From Raja brachyura (Eukaryota): 64,000 nt of DNA. The notes beneath the pieces are model-generated. The model was not told the origin of the DNA, did not search any database, and saw only the letters and a list, made by a program, of their open reading frames with translations. Of the stretch, positions 36,625-49,782 are shown piece after piece. The DNA is taken from the NCBI GenBank assembly GCA_963514005.1, contig OY740787.1:72106001-72170000 (forward strand). Direction: 5' to 3'. Position numbers and translations under genes: made by a program. Position 1 is the stretch's first letter, and every line of letters begins with the position of its first letter.

Positions 36625-38310
36625 ATCACCTTCCACCTTTTCCTGCAGATCCAGCACTGAATCCACATATCTAACCCTCAACATAGAAGAGCATGAGGTG
36701 AGGCGCACGCTGCGGGCCATCAATCCAAGGAAGGCTACTGGACCCGACGGCATCTCTGAACGCGTGCTGAAGCACTGCGCAGACCAGCTGGCTGGAGTCT
36801 TCACGAGGATTTTTAACCAGTCTCTGGCCCAGTCCACTGTCTCACCCTGTCTGAAGTCCGCAACCATAGTCCCCTTGCACAAAAAAACCCACATTTCCAG
36901 CCTCAACGACTACCGGCCAGTCGCACTCACACCAGTGGTGATGAAGTGTTTTGAAAAACTGGTCCGGGGTCATATCACATCACTCCTGCCCCGAAGCTTT
37001 GACCCCCACCAGTTTGCGTACAGAGCAAATAGATCTACAGAGGACGCTGTAGCCACAGCTCTCCATGCTGCACTGTCCCACCTGGAGCAGCGGGGAAGCT
37101 ATGTGCGAATGCTCTTTGTGGACTACAGCTCTGCTTTTAATACTATCCTTCCCCACAAACTGGTGGACAAACTGGGGGACTTGGGACTTCCACACTCCAC
37201 CTGCATGTGGATAAATAGCTTCCTGTCGGGCCGCAGCCAGAGAGTCAGAATGGGCCATCACACATCCACGGCCCTCAGCCTCAGTACCAGCTCTCCACAG
37301 GGCTGCGTGCTGAGCCCCCTGCTCTACACCATCTACACACATGACTGCACCTCCGCCCACCACAGCAACACCATTGTCAAATTTGCGGATGACACTACGG
37401 TGGTGGGGCTAATCTCCGGGGGGGACGAGTATGCCTATCGGGATGAGGTGGAGCAGCTGGCAGTGTGGTGTGGAGAAAATAACCTGCTCCTGAACACCTT
37501 AAAGACCAAGGAGATAATAATAGACTTCAGGAAGAACAAAACGGAAATGGTACCACTAATCATCAGAGGGGATTGTGTGGAGAGGGTGGTGGATTTCCGC
37601 TTCCTGGGAATCCATATTGAGGAGGACCTGACGTGGAGCGTGAACACCTCTACCCTGCTGAAAAAGGTCCAGCAGAGACTGCACTTCCTGAGGGTGCTCA
37701 GGAAGAATAACATCACACAGAGACTGCTGCTGTCCTTTTATCGGTGCTCCATTGAGAGCATCCTAACATACTGTGTATGCGTGTGGTACACCAGCTGCAC
37801 AGAGGCTCAGAGGAAAGCGCTCCAGAGGGCATTGACAACGCCCAGAGGATTGTCGGCTGCCCTCTCCTTACCTTGGATGACCTACGCAGTTCCCGCTGCA
37901 TCAAAAAATCCCAGAATATTATAAAGGACATTTCCCACCCCGGACACTCACTGCTTGAACTGTTGCCGTCAGGCAGGCGGTACAGATCTACAAGGACAAG
38001 GACAAACAGACTTAAAAACAGTTTTTACCCCACTGCTATAAAGGCACTAAATGTAGCCGCCAAGGAGCGCGGGGACTAAGGACTGTGGTTGGTACACTGT
38101 GAAATTGACAGAAGGATGTAGGCTTGGGTGTTTATGCGTGCTGTTTTTATATTTCATATTTATTTTAGTTGTTTATCATCTTTTTAATATTTTCCCTTGC
38201 ATGTATCGTTAGCTTTAATGGTTTGAATGTTGCACTGACTGGCTGACATTTTTAAATTTCGTTGTACATGGTTCATATTACAATGACAAAAAAAAACTAT
38301 ATACTATACT
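36625..38310 (+). mobile_element. Rex1/Babar-clade LINE with near-intact RT ORF (408 aa, 36698-37924)
   Basis: Contains [52 protein letters not shown] and KFADDT. One frameshift near 37830; (ACTAT)n tail. Confidence 0.93.
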
Positions 38311-38889
38311 AACCCTATTCTCTTCTTTCTGCATTCTGAACACTATTCCTGTCATGACATTGTTAATCATTAGCAATACCCTTTGCATCCCACGACAGCT
38401 TCCACACAATCACAGACCCAATGCCTGCTTTTCTGTTACAAATTATCAGCATTGAGGGTCCAGAAACACGCATTCCAGGAGAGAACTCTATATGTATTCC
38501 CCTTCACTGTGTTTAGTTTCCTCTACAATAAGGAGAGCAAACACTGATTGTCAGTGCTTAGGTGAAACATCTGCCTTCAGTCCACATACAACTCCTACTT
38601 TTCATTACACTTATTTGCTCCAATGAAGCTTGACTATACGTGTAAAAGTAACAATCTCAGTTAATGGTTTTGCTTCCATCATTTAAGTCTCCACTGGACC
38701 CATGTTTCTATATCTCTTTCATTTCTAACAGCTTTTGCAATTTAATCTTTACTGCCTTTCATAGACTGCTACATTTGTTCGTTCTTCCCTGCCGGACAGG
38801 GAAGTGACAGAATTGCAGCACCGCTAAAGATAAGTTTTGTAACATACCTATTAAAAGTAATGTAATTAATTGTATGTTTTCTTCTCATA

Positions 38890-39365
38890 TTTGACCTCCT
38901 TGAGTGCAACACCTCACACTTGCTCAGATTAATCTCCATTGTCCGCCTATTTCTGTAGCGATCAGGATTTCACTGTGTACTTTAACAGCCTTCCTCGCAG
39001 TCTGCGATCCAGCAATCTTGGTGTCATCTGCAAATTTACTAACCCTATCTATATTTATGTCCAAGTCATGTATATATATCCCAAACAGCAGAGGTCCCAG
39101 GACAGATCCCTGCGGAACTCCACTTGTCACAGATCTCCAGCTTGAATTTCATCCTCCCACCACAACGATGTCTTCTATCAGTAAACCAGTTCTGAATCCA
39201 TACAATCGAATCACTGTAAATCCTGTGCATTTTAATCTTCTGGATTAACCAATTATGGGGGAATTCATCAAATGCTTTACTAAAATCCATATCGGCAACA
39301 TTCACTGCCCCATCTTCATTGATAACCTGCCCAAAAAACTCGAATGAAGTTAGTAAGACAACTTG
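38890..39365 (-). mobile_element. Old CR1-clade LINE RT fragment
   Basis: Minus-strand ORFs contain [21 protein letters not shown] and SKFADDTKI. Confidence 0.85.
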
Positions 39366-40410
39366 ATTAAAGTTAGTAAGATATTTTATTTGTGCAATAA
39401 CTATCAAAAGGATCACATCATTTTTTCATTCACAAGTGAAAGTCCAAGGCTCCAGCCTCTCAGTGTGCAATGATAGGAGGACCTTAAACTGTGGCCCTTA
39501 ATCATGACATCCTTGCAGTAGATCCATCTGTAGACTTAGAGGTTGGAATGTACCAGTCTGTAACCTTTGGCCGTTCAGCACGAACCTCCACAAATACAAA
39601 TGCCTTTTTTCCCCTAGAGCTTCTTAGTAAATGCATGTTCCCGAAAGAAATGGATGACTGTCTCATCGTCGACGGAGACGCCTCCAGGGCAGCTGGTGCA
39701 GTGATGAAACTCAGTGTGTGATTGATCCGACAGGGAAGGCCTTCTCATCAATTACTCTCTCCACAGATGCTATCTGACCAGATGATATCTCCAACACTTT
39801 CTGTTCTTCTTCAGCAGGACAAATGACTGACCATTTGAAATTTGTGCATTTCATCCCGTACACTAAAAGCTGAGAAGAAAAAAGGAACAAGATTGTCTGA
39901 AGGTCTGCAGTGGCCAGAGCGTTTACCCGCCTGCCCGAGGTTAAGGTGAAACGCACATTCCGAGCTCACCTTGTCATCGGGATGCAGGCGAAGTCATGTT
40001 ATCCACTCCGTAAATAAGGTCACGAACTTTAGTACCACGATTTTTCTTTTCACACACCCGCTTCAAATATGTAGATCATCCAGTGGCCATAGGTTCCAAT
40101 AGTTATTTTAATGCAAAGAACACACTTTAATTTAATTACACAGGATGAAAGGTTAAGAAAAGGCTCACCTCTGTTTTATGTCTTGAATCCTCTCCAGGGC
40201 AAGGTATGATTTGGTCAGCGGACAACTCCAAAGAGATAAATAGTTGAATAGTAACAATCCGTGTACTGTAGTGTAGATCTGGCAGCAAACCTACTCCTGA
40301 TCTGTGCGAATGTCCCGAACGTGCAAAAGCCCCTGAGATGAGTTGAAAACTTCCTTTCGGACTTGGGTTTGGGGGACAAGTCCTGTTCTTTGTCAAAGCC
40401 ATTTAAAACA

Positions 40411-40760
40411 TATATATAAATAAATGTTATAATCCCACGATGGAGGCGGCAGCAGCCGGAGCCGGCAAGCACGAGCCGCCGGGCGGGTGCCACCTCCCTC
40501 ACGTGTCTGTTCGGCCGTTAACGGTCGCCCGCGCGCCTCCGGCCGTGCACGAGCGCGAGACACACTCACTCACACTGCCCACCCCGCTCGTGCTCGTGCG
40601 TGTGCAGGGCGGCGGCGGCGCGCACTCAGTGCTGCTGACTCGGCGCGATCCGTGCGCCGGCGGCGGGAGGCGAATTAAACAGCCGTGCGTGTGTGTGGGG
40701 CCGAGGAGAAATTGAGCTCGCTTTCGGAATCAAATGATTCATACCGCGGGCTCCTGACAC
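40411..40760 (+). promoter_or_regulatory. UBE2E3: CpG-island promoter of UBE2E3
   Basis: Sharp CpG/GC enrichment about 1 kb upstream of the first coding exon, not explained by a repeat. TATA-like TATAAA at 40415-40420; E-box CACGTG at 40500. Confidence 0.8.
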
Positions 40761-40867
40761 TTTTTTTCCCCCTTAATTTCCTTTCTCCCTGTCTCCCCCC
40801 TTCCTTGGATCATCTCCCCCCCCTCCCTCCTCCTCCCCCACCCTCCCCCCCCACATTTATTTTTCAG

Positions 40868-40969
40868 TTAAAAGAAGCAGTTGTTTGTTTTAAAAGCCCT
40901 CCCTTGAACATTGGCTGGCCACCCGACATTTCGGCCACAGGCCTCGGGCTCGGATCACTCTCATAAAAG
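40868..40969 (+). other. UBE2E3: Putative non-coding 5'UTR exon of UBE2E3 (3' boundary 40969; 5' boundary uncertain, may extend into the CpG island)
   Basis: Strong donor AAG|GTAAGG at 40969/40970; an upstream pyrimidine tract ends in TTTTCAG at 40867. Confidence 0.55.
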
Positions 40970-41707
40970 GTAAGGAGGAAGTTGGCCGTCAGTTTTTTGT
41001 TTCCCCCTCCTCTCAAAAGGTAGAGCATTCGGTCGGGAAACTTGATAAATTCCTCCTTATTGTTCCAGCGGTTGTGGAGTGAGCAGAGTTCACGCATCAG
41101 TGGCTGAGACCACGCTGATTGGAGCGCCCCTCGTTATTTTAAAATGTACCCTGAAAGAAAAATAGTCACCCAAGCCGGACACATATCTCCCAACCTGACC
41201 TGCTTTCGACTTTATGCCCTTAACTGCTTTAGTCTAAGTCCTGACTTTTCACTCCCAACCCCCCCCCCCCCCCCCCCCCCCCATCGTTTAAATGACCGTC
41301 AAGATTCTGTAATGTTAAAATCCTCAGCAGTGCCACCTTACACAACAAAACCTCGTTGTGCAGGAGGGAGATTTCTCTCCCCACTTCCCTCCCCCATACA
41401 AATACAACTTGGTTTTTTTTTCTGCTAAGGATATACTTTATATTTCTTAAATAATGCTTCTAATTTCCGTCGATGGTATGTAAATCCAATGCAAAGTGTG
41501 TGTTTTTATATCCTTTGGAGGGAAGGGGGGCGGGGAGGGAAAGAGGAAAAAGGCAACGTTGTTGTCTGGTTGTCCGATCTGTGGCCACAGTCATTGCTTG
41601 TTGATGTCCATGCGACGAGTTAGTTTAAAATAGTATTCGGCCGACTTATCCCCTCTCCTTTGGCAAGTGTGCTGATAGCAGTGGCTTCTTTTGACGCTTA
41701 AGGTAAA

Positions 41708-41892
41708 ATGTCCAGCGACAGACAGAGGTCTGACGACGAGAGTCCGAGTACGAGCAGTGGGAGCTCGGATGCCGACCAGCGTGACAACCCGCAGGAGGAG
41801 AGGAAAGAGCCATCCTCACAGCAACAGCCGAAAAAGAAAGACCCCAAGGTATCCAGCAAAACAACAGCAAAACTCTCCACCAGCGCTAAAAG
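41708..41892 (+). CDS. UBE2E3: Ubiquitin-conjugating enzyme E2 E3, first coding exon
   Basis: [26 protein letters not shown]...[14 protein letters not shown] matches the UBE2E3 N-terminal extension. Donor AG|GTAAGT at 41892/41893 (phase 2). Confidence 0.95.
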
Positions 41893-42351
41893 GTAAGTCC
41901 GGCCCTTTCTTCCTTTATTTAAAATCTGTTTTTGCACTTGAGTACCGGCATTTTGCCAATTCTGGTTGCACTCCTTTAAAGTCCTTATCGAATATGTCAA
42001 TATAAACACTCCTCTCCTCATTTGCATATAAACTTGAAAAGAGAATAATTCGGGGAAAGCGGATGTCTACCGGGATTAATCTGCCTTATTTGAATATTTA
42101 CTGCACTCTTCTACCATTTGTAGTCAAAATTTTATACATTGTCAAGCGACAGATAGTGGAAATTTATGAAAACTTGTCCTGTTATGGGATTTGAGTATAA
42201 CGCTGCTGAGAACAAAGAGGAAGCAGCCATGTTTTCCACTTTGGTTGGGTGAGCTGCTGAGAAAAGGATGGTGATAGAGGGCACTGTAATCGTTCTTTTA
42301 CATCTAAATGCAGCACAGTATTTTGTACTGAGTATCTCCATCAATTTTCAG

Positions 42352-42402
42352 AATTCAAAAGGAACTGGCTGAAATCACACTGGATCCGCCCCCGAACTGC
42401 AG
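42352..42402 (+). CDS. UBE2E3: Ubiquitin-conjugating enzyme E2 E3, second coding exon (51 nt)
   Basis: Acceptor TTTTCAG| at 42351; encodes (R)IQKELAEITLDPPPNC(S), the start of the UBC domain, in frame with the previous exon; donor AG|GTAAGT. The next exon (SAGPKGDNIYEW...) was not found in the window. Confidence 0.95.
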
Positions 42403-44179
42403 GTAAGTGAGGTTGATCAATTAGCAGGTTGCAATATGTGATTTTGGTTGCATTACAAAGATGTAATTTAAATGAATGTCATATGAGTGCGTACATGTTT
42501 CTCAGATAAACGCAGGCATATTATGTATGTAATTAGCATCTTAAGGCCATGAGATAAAACGTAAATTGAGCAATGGTTATTGGCGTTTGTGACAGTAAAT
42601 AATGGACTTGCTTGTAAACTTGAAAGTATGCCAATATCTCAATGAAAATGTATAAATACTTGTTTTGAGTGATTCTGTACATTTTAAGTAGTTGTGAATG
42701 GCATTGATAACTTTGTTGGAATAAGTTGCATTTGAGGTGGGAAAGTTGACTCAGCAAAGAATTAGCTGGTGTGATTTGTGACGTTGAAGTAGAGTTATTT
42801 TTGTTTTCATAGGAAATAAACACTGCTTGTTAATATTTGTAAGATGAAACTTAATTTTGAATTGAACCATCACAACTTCAAATTTTACTTTTGGTTTGAT
42901 TAACTTATTTTAGTTACATAATTGCTCTCAGAAGTCAAATCAGTGATGTTTCAGTTTTACCTGAAATTTTTTTTTTGGTGAAAGTGAAATAAGCTCACCT
43001 TGCTGGGAGTCTGCAGAAAAAAAAGTCATAGTCTGGGTAGGATGGCTATTAGTTTATTGGTCTTGTACAGTTTGTAGACATTGTAAACTTTAAGGGATTA
43101 TTTTTTTAATCAATGGTGTCACAAATCATGTTTCTGTGCTGCAGTAATCCTAAATTTGTATGTTAGTATTTGAAATTTGGTGATATTGGTATGCTAGAAA
43201 CTACACAATACAATTGGTACTTTTTCAAAGGTGTTGGTGCTTATTAGTTGGCTGTCTAATCAAATAGTTTTATTTAATCAGACTACACGAAGACTGTCAT
43301 TTTATCAGACCACACAAAATCACAAATTTTTGTGTCAAATATACTTTAGATATCTTGATGTTTGTTGGATTTTTTAATTGAAAGTACGCCTTAGCTGCAT
43401 TTTGTTGGATTTGTTTTTTATAGGGCTTTAACAAAATCAAAGCATCCCCTACTCATGAAAATATTGTCCTGTTTGTTTCTTGATTCGAGGTAATAAATGA
43501 CGTGAGAAATGCATTTTTCTGCTCAATGACCACAATTATAATTTAGTTCAGTGTGAAATCTTAAAATAGAATCGAAATTCCATATCATTTGCATGACAAA
43601 TTAGGTCATTATTTAATTGTGAATTAATTTTTTGAAGATTCTAAACATTTTTCTGACATGTGATGTATCAATTCTTTCCTACATTTATCTTGAAAAATAA
43701 ATTCTCGGTTTCTTTGAAAATTAACAGGAGGTTTTGAAGGGAAAATTGGACTAATTTCTTCCATTGTGCCTCAATCTAATTTGCAGTTATAACTTTTGTA
43801 CATCACTTAAATGTTCTAAGACAGTTCTCGGGAGTGGATTTAGACAGATAAGCTAAAGGCAGAAACAACATGCTGGATTATGTTTTTTTAAATAAAAATA
43901 TATTATTGCAGCATTCTTTATATATTTTTAAAGTGGGTTCCCTGTAGATCCACAGAAGAGAAATATCTAATGAGGAAGGAATATCTATGGACTCAAAACA
44001 TTTGTTTCAAGTATTCCTTTTGCAGAGAGAAAGAACAACTTTATTGGGGTGTTTAGTTTAGTCTTTCAAATGAGTAAATGCTGTATTTTTACATTTTGAT
44101 AAACCAGGACAGGACTTGCCCAGCAACTGACAAAGCCCTGCAGAGTGTAGAACAGGCAGACCTAAAGGTTCAGGTACAT

Positions 44180-44880
44180 GAGAAAAAAATATATTGCTGG
44201 AGCAACTCAACAGGTCAGCCAGCATCTGTGGAGGGAAATGCTGATAGTGTTTCAGGTAGGATTGTTACTTAGATTGGATCAGAGGAGAGATGGCTGGTGA
44301 AAGGCGAGGGGAATGGGTGGATAAGAGCAGGCCCGTGACGTGGATCCAGGTAAAGAGGGGTTGACTGGCAGATGTGGGAGAGAAGAGTGGAGATAGTAAC
44401 CAAGGCTGGAAGTGATGTGGAGAAGTCAAAATAGTACAAATGGAGGATCTAAGAAAAAAAGGTGGGGAGTGAAATGTTGAACTGTAGGGGGCATGGGGAA
44501 GTAGGAAGAGGGGAGCAGGGAGTGGTGGGGAAGAAAAATGGGGGACCAGGTGTAAGGATAGGTGGGTAATAAGTCAGTGAAGAGGAAAGGAACTGGTTGG
44601 TGGGAGGGTGGAGTGGAATGAAAGGTGTGACTGGGTGGTGGAGCTTGCTGGGCAGATGAGAGAGGATGGAGTTTGGGGGCAGGGTGAGTGATTTACCTGA
44701 CATTGAAGAATTTGGTGTTCAAGCTGTTGAGTTGTCGGACATCCAAGCAGAATATGTGATCTATTTTGCGAATGGTCTCGCTCTGGCAGTGGCAGAGACC
44801 AAGGATAGACAAGTCAGTTGGGGAAGTGGAACTGAAACGGAAACTGGTAAACAGGAGTTCCAGCTCGCCCTAGACTGACA
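44180..44880 (-). mobile_element. Old Penelope-like element 3' fragment
   Basis: Same layout as 1930-2640: PLE end motif, purine-rich 3' UTR and a CCAAGCAGAATATG GIY-YIG remnant. Confidence 0.6.
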
Positions 44881-44974
44881 GAAAGCACGTGTTTTACCTC
44901 TGGTTACAGGGGGAAATGCTTGAGGAGGCAGAGGGGTGGGTGAGGAGAAATGAGCGAGCAATGGATTCATAGAA

Positions 44975-45605
44975 TACTTCCATGAAAGTGGTGGTACAAG
45001 TAGACAGGATGATGATGGTGTTTCCTTTGGTCAATGCATTGAGTGAAAACATTGGGATGTCATGTAGAATATTGTGTACAGTTAATGTTGTGTGCAGTTA
45101 TGGTTTTTGGGAAGGATGTCATTCTGCTGGAAAGGTTGCAGAAAAGATTCAGATTAATGTTAGCAGTGCTGCAGGGCTTGAACTATAAGGAGAGGCTGTA
45201 CAGGCAGGGGCTCTTTTTCTTTGGAGTCTAGAAGGCAGAGAGGTGACTTCAGAAATATAAAATCACGAGAGGCATAGATAAGGTGAATGGTCAGTTCTCA
45301 CATTGTAGGTTGTAGGCTTGAGGTGAGAGGGCAAAGATTTGAAGCAGTCCTGAGGGACAAATTTATCAGCCTGAGGATGATGGGTATGTCAAACAAGCAG
45401 TGGTGTAAGTCATAAAGGCAGGTACAATTTTAAAATGTTTAGAAGTATTTAGACATACATGTGGATAAGAGTAGTTTTGAGGGATATGGACCAAACGTAG
45501 GCAAATGGGTCCAGGTAATTGTCTACCAAACGGTCGGCAACATAATGTGAGTTGGACTGAAAGGCCCATCTCCATCTTGTAAAAAACTCTAACTCTTATG
45601 ACTAT
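44975..45605 (+). mobile_element. Old CR1-clade LINE 3' fragment
   Basis: VEYCVQ...KDVILLERLQKRF...GLNYKERL, with a CTCTA-type tail. Confidence 0.7.
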
Positions 45606-48600
45606 TATATTTTGTATTGGGTGCACAGTTTTGCTCCATGGAGTAATGACAAGTTTGTTAAAAAAACATTTTTGTATATCTTGTCATCATAGAGAATCTT
45701 GAACAAAGTCTGTCACTATTTTGTGGCTTTTATTAGAATGTTAATTGTGAAATGCAGCTCTATTTTAAGGCATCAGCATAGTTCAATGAAGGCAGAATTG
45801 TTCTACTTTTCTCCAATTGAAGTTCTGTCTGAAGAAGGGTCCCAACTTGAATCGTTGTCTGTCCATTTCTTCCATAAATGCTGCCTAATCTGCTGCGTTC
45901 CTCCAGCACTTGTATTTTAGCCACACCAACAATTTGAACACTATTCCCCTATTAAGCATTTCATGCTTACGCCACTCTTATAGTAGACTTGTAACGCTTA
46001 ACTTGTCTAGGAACCTTTAAGAACAACTTGTAAATATCTTGAATTTAGGTGTCTTTTGTGAAATGAAATGATAAGAGTAAAATATTTTAAATTTGCATTT
46101 AAGAAATTTACTCACACTTAAAGCACTTTACACACAGATATTTAGATTTACAACATGCAGATGCAAAAAACATTTATTGTGCAGCATGAACATTTTGTCG
46201 TGTGACATGTTATGTATCTTTTCCTCAACTATTTGAGAAGCCAGTGCTGATATGTTATGGAGATTTTTTTCCAGATTTGAATGGAATTGGTAATATTAAT
46301 AAATCCTTGCTGTCACTAGACTCTGGTTACAGTCCTGGTAATGCAATAGGTCAATATTAATAAACTGATGAGAATTTTGGCTTTAAGATTTTGCATGTAT
46401 GTTTTTAAGGACAGGTGTTTTCTGAACGGTAGACATATTACAACTTCTAACTTTGCAAAAATAGTTTAAATACTTTTATCTTTGGCATAAAAGCTATGAT
46501 GGTGAAATACAGGATTAAAATAAAAGTAATCTTGATTTTTTTTTTAAATGTTGTATTTTTGAATCGGTGTTATTTGGTTTCTTAAAGCTTACCTATAAAT
46601 TTAATTATTTTGTAAATTAAACCAGTTGCCGTTTTTAAATTGTAATGCATGCAATTGGAATTTGAGTGTATTGTGTGTAATGTTATCCGTACAAAAAAAA
46701 ATTGGTCATTCAAGTTTCCAGATAATCAAACAAATAGATTTTGTAGTTCTCGCCAGATCCAAGTACTTTTCCTTGAGCATCAGAAATGTTGTACGGAATG
46801 ATATTCATTCTTCCTGGACATGTGTGTCAGATGTTAACGCTTTCTAATCTGTCTGTAATTGCCTAACAAGCTCTTCATGCTCTGTAGAATTTTGAACCAA
46901 AGTCTCAAAGTTCGCCCTGTATCCGTATTTTATCAACTTTAATACATACCAAACCTGTGTAATTTAGGCTTCACATATGTCATTCCATTAAAGGATCAAA
47001 TTCTACTAATTACTCTAATGCCATCACTAAAGAGGAAATTTTTGCATGAATGGATGATAAATCCTTTTCCCTTGTTCAAGTGTTCCTTGTCTAAATGCGC
47101 AGGCGTAAACATGGCTTATCACCCGCATCGTTTTAGTGTGACAATTTATCTAGTTTCATATGGTTTTTTTTCAAGCAGTAAATTACCAAAATTACCAGGA
47201 ACTGCACCACAGCTTTTGGATCCTGTTGAGATTGTACAAAAATCGTAAATGAAATCTCTTGTGCAAGTTGTACCTACACCAACTCTCTAATATGGCAAAA
47301 TAGAAGATTTTGGCTCGTAAATTTCTTGTGTTTCCTTGCTACCTTTCCCGTACGGAATCAAAAGATACCATAAATGAAGAACAAAGCTGAACCCATTAAG
47401 CTAAAAGTTTAAGATTGTTCTTGTGCCTCTTTTGGTTGTACAAATTGGATGCTAGTTAGCATGTTTTTGAAAGGGCAATCATATTCCATGAAGTGTTTAT
47501 GCCAATGTTTGAGCTTCACCCACCTAAAGTCATTACTGCAACCTGGCCATATTATCCTTGGTAATTATGCAAGTTCCTTTTGGACAAACTTTTATCACAT
47601 CGTATCTCTTCAAGCTACTGTAATTATTGCTCAAAATGAGCATCCAAACAAAGTTGTTCATTGATGTAACCATTAAATGTTCTTGTACTCTACAGGTTTT
47701 ACTTGTTGGCATTGATTTATCCTGAAGTCCAAATTTACCCCTGTATTGACTCTTACTGTGTAGATGAGCATGTGTACATTTATGTTTGATTTATAATTTC
47801 AAAGTTTGGTATGCTTTTTCCCCATTGCTATTTAACATTGAGGAAAATAGCTCCTAATAAAGGGTTTTGCCTGCATTAACAACTTACAACTGCAGTTATA
47901 ATGCTCAACAGTTCAGGTACTATATGATAGGGGAGGGTGTAGGAAGAGAGTATGAAAGTTAACATTTGATGTCAATTACATTAAATTATGTCATTGACCA
48001 AACTGGAAAGGGTAGATCCTGGGACATGATGAGACGTCTTTTGGTTTGAATAAAAACAACGGTTTCTCCTGTTAAGTTGTATATAATCATTCTTATTTAA
48101 ATAAGCTTAGTTTAAACTTGTGGATGGCTGGACCAATGTTCAGGAAATCGGGATGAGTGTGCAGAAATTGCAGTTTGGTACTGAAAATGTGCATCAGAAT
48201 TGGTTTGCATCACATTTAAATTCTCCAATTCTCGGTGCACTGATTGGAACTTTAGTAATTCATGTTTGTGGACATGCCTGGGATTAAGCTATGCCAACTT
48301 GGAAATTTGATCCTGCTTTGCTGGATGCAAATTACATATGTGCCCATAGTACACATTTGGCATCCGGGATGTGCATCATTTCTTGGGTAATGTTCCTTTT
48401 GCAGGGGAACTTGTATCATGCTGTTCAGAATGTACCTGTTATCAGGCACTCTCGGGAATATAATGCTAGTAAGTAAACCACGTAGCTAAATTCAGCGTGG
48501 TGTGCACAATGAAACCTCTCAATATAATCACCACTTCTCCCCACTCTGTTACTGATCCTGCTGTTGATTCAAGCCCTCCTCCTCCCACCATCCAATAATG

Positions 48601-49425
48601 TTCCCTCTTTCTCAAGTTTTGCCTCCTTTACCCCCCCCCCCCCCCCCCTCCCCCCAGCCGACCAAAATTAGTGGCATTCCTGTTTCTCTGTAAGTCATGC
48701 TGCTGATTATAAAACTGGTCTCCACGAGCCAAAACCTGGTCCTCGGTCTGATCAGCAATGTCCCCCACATCCTACTGCTGATACCTCTCCCTTGACTGAT
48801 CTCACAGACCTGAAGAAAGCAACCTTGGAGAAAATAGCAGTGGCATATTGTTGAATCCCAAAATCTGCAATGCAGTTTTTGGAAGTTGAGTGCTTTGGGT
48901 GTAGGGTGCTTGGCATTTCTAGCAATTATATCTCCATTTCTTTTGCTGCTTATAATCTTGTTCTTTTTCCCTTTGCCTTCTCGTACACTCACTTTTAACA
49001 AACATTTTTTTCATTTCAATTCCTTTCCTCTTGATCAATGGTGAGATTTCTCTCGTGATTTACTTTTTGTGTATTCTTCGGGTAAATGCTGAAAGGTGGA
49101 AGACAAAAAGAACTGTCAGATTATATTGAATTTGTTTTGTTAACAAGTTGCTTCAGTGAGCATTTCCATTCACTTCTAGTTGTTTATGTCTTCACTCGGA
49201 TACATTGTATTGTTTATTCCATTCGGCGTCCATGCTTCATCTTTACCATGTTTCTTTAGCCTTGTGAAACAACTACTCGATTATTTGCATATTTCATCCA
49301 AAACTCTTCTCATGATTGTTTGGAGGAGTGGTTTTGTTGATGGTGGAGGTAGCATTGTGGACATAATTGCATAATTTTAATTTTTATTCATTTCTTAGTT
49401 TTCCATAGATAGGCATTGCTTTCAT

Positions 49426-49550
49426 GAAGAAGGGTTTCGGTCCGAAACGTTGCCTCTTTCCTTCGCACCATAGATGCTGCCGCACCCGCTGAGTTTCTCC
49501 AGCAATTTTGTCTACCTTCAATTTTCCAGCATCTGCAGTTCCTTCTTGAA
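49426..49550 (+). mobile_element. 125-bp PLE-derived insert with truncated hammerhead core
   Basis: 12-bp TSD CATTGCTTTCAT at 49414-49425 and 49551-49562; the insert starts GAAGAAGGGTTTCGGTCCGAAACGTT. Confidence 0.85.
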
Positions 49551-49782
49551 CATTGCTTTCATTAACTCAGTTGTGGTTGCAAAACGCAACTTTGTATATC
49601 TTTGTTTATGTAATTTTTCCCCTCAAATTTGTTGCCCAACCATTCTATTTTCTATTTATTTTTTATCTTGATTCACTTTTTAGAACCTGAAATCTGGGTG
49701 GATTCTGACTGATCAGTAAACAAAAAAAAAATTGTTTTAACTTATTTTTGAAAATAACATGACAAATGATCATGGCATAAGT

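Noticed and set aside
40440-40715. 91-aa ORF (MEAAAAGAG...) with a good Kozak context in the CpG island
   Set aside because: A GC-driven ORF with no recognisable domain; its ATG is only about 20 nt from the TATA-like box and probably lies upstream of the TSS.
41893-41896. Apparent stop ending a 62-aa UBE2E3 ORF
   Set aside because: The TAA is part of the GTAAGT splice donor; the frame continues in the 42352-42402 exon.
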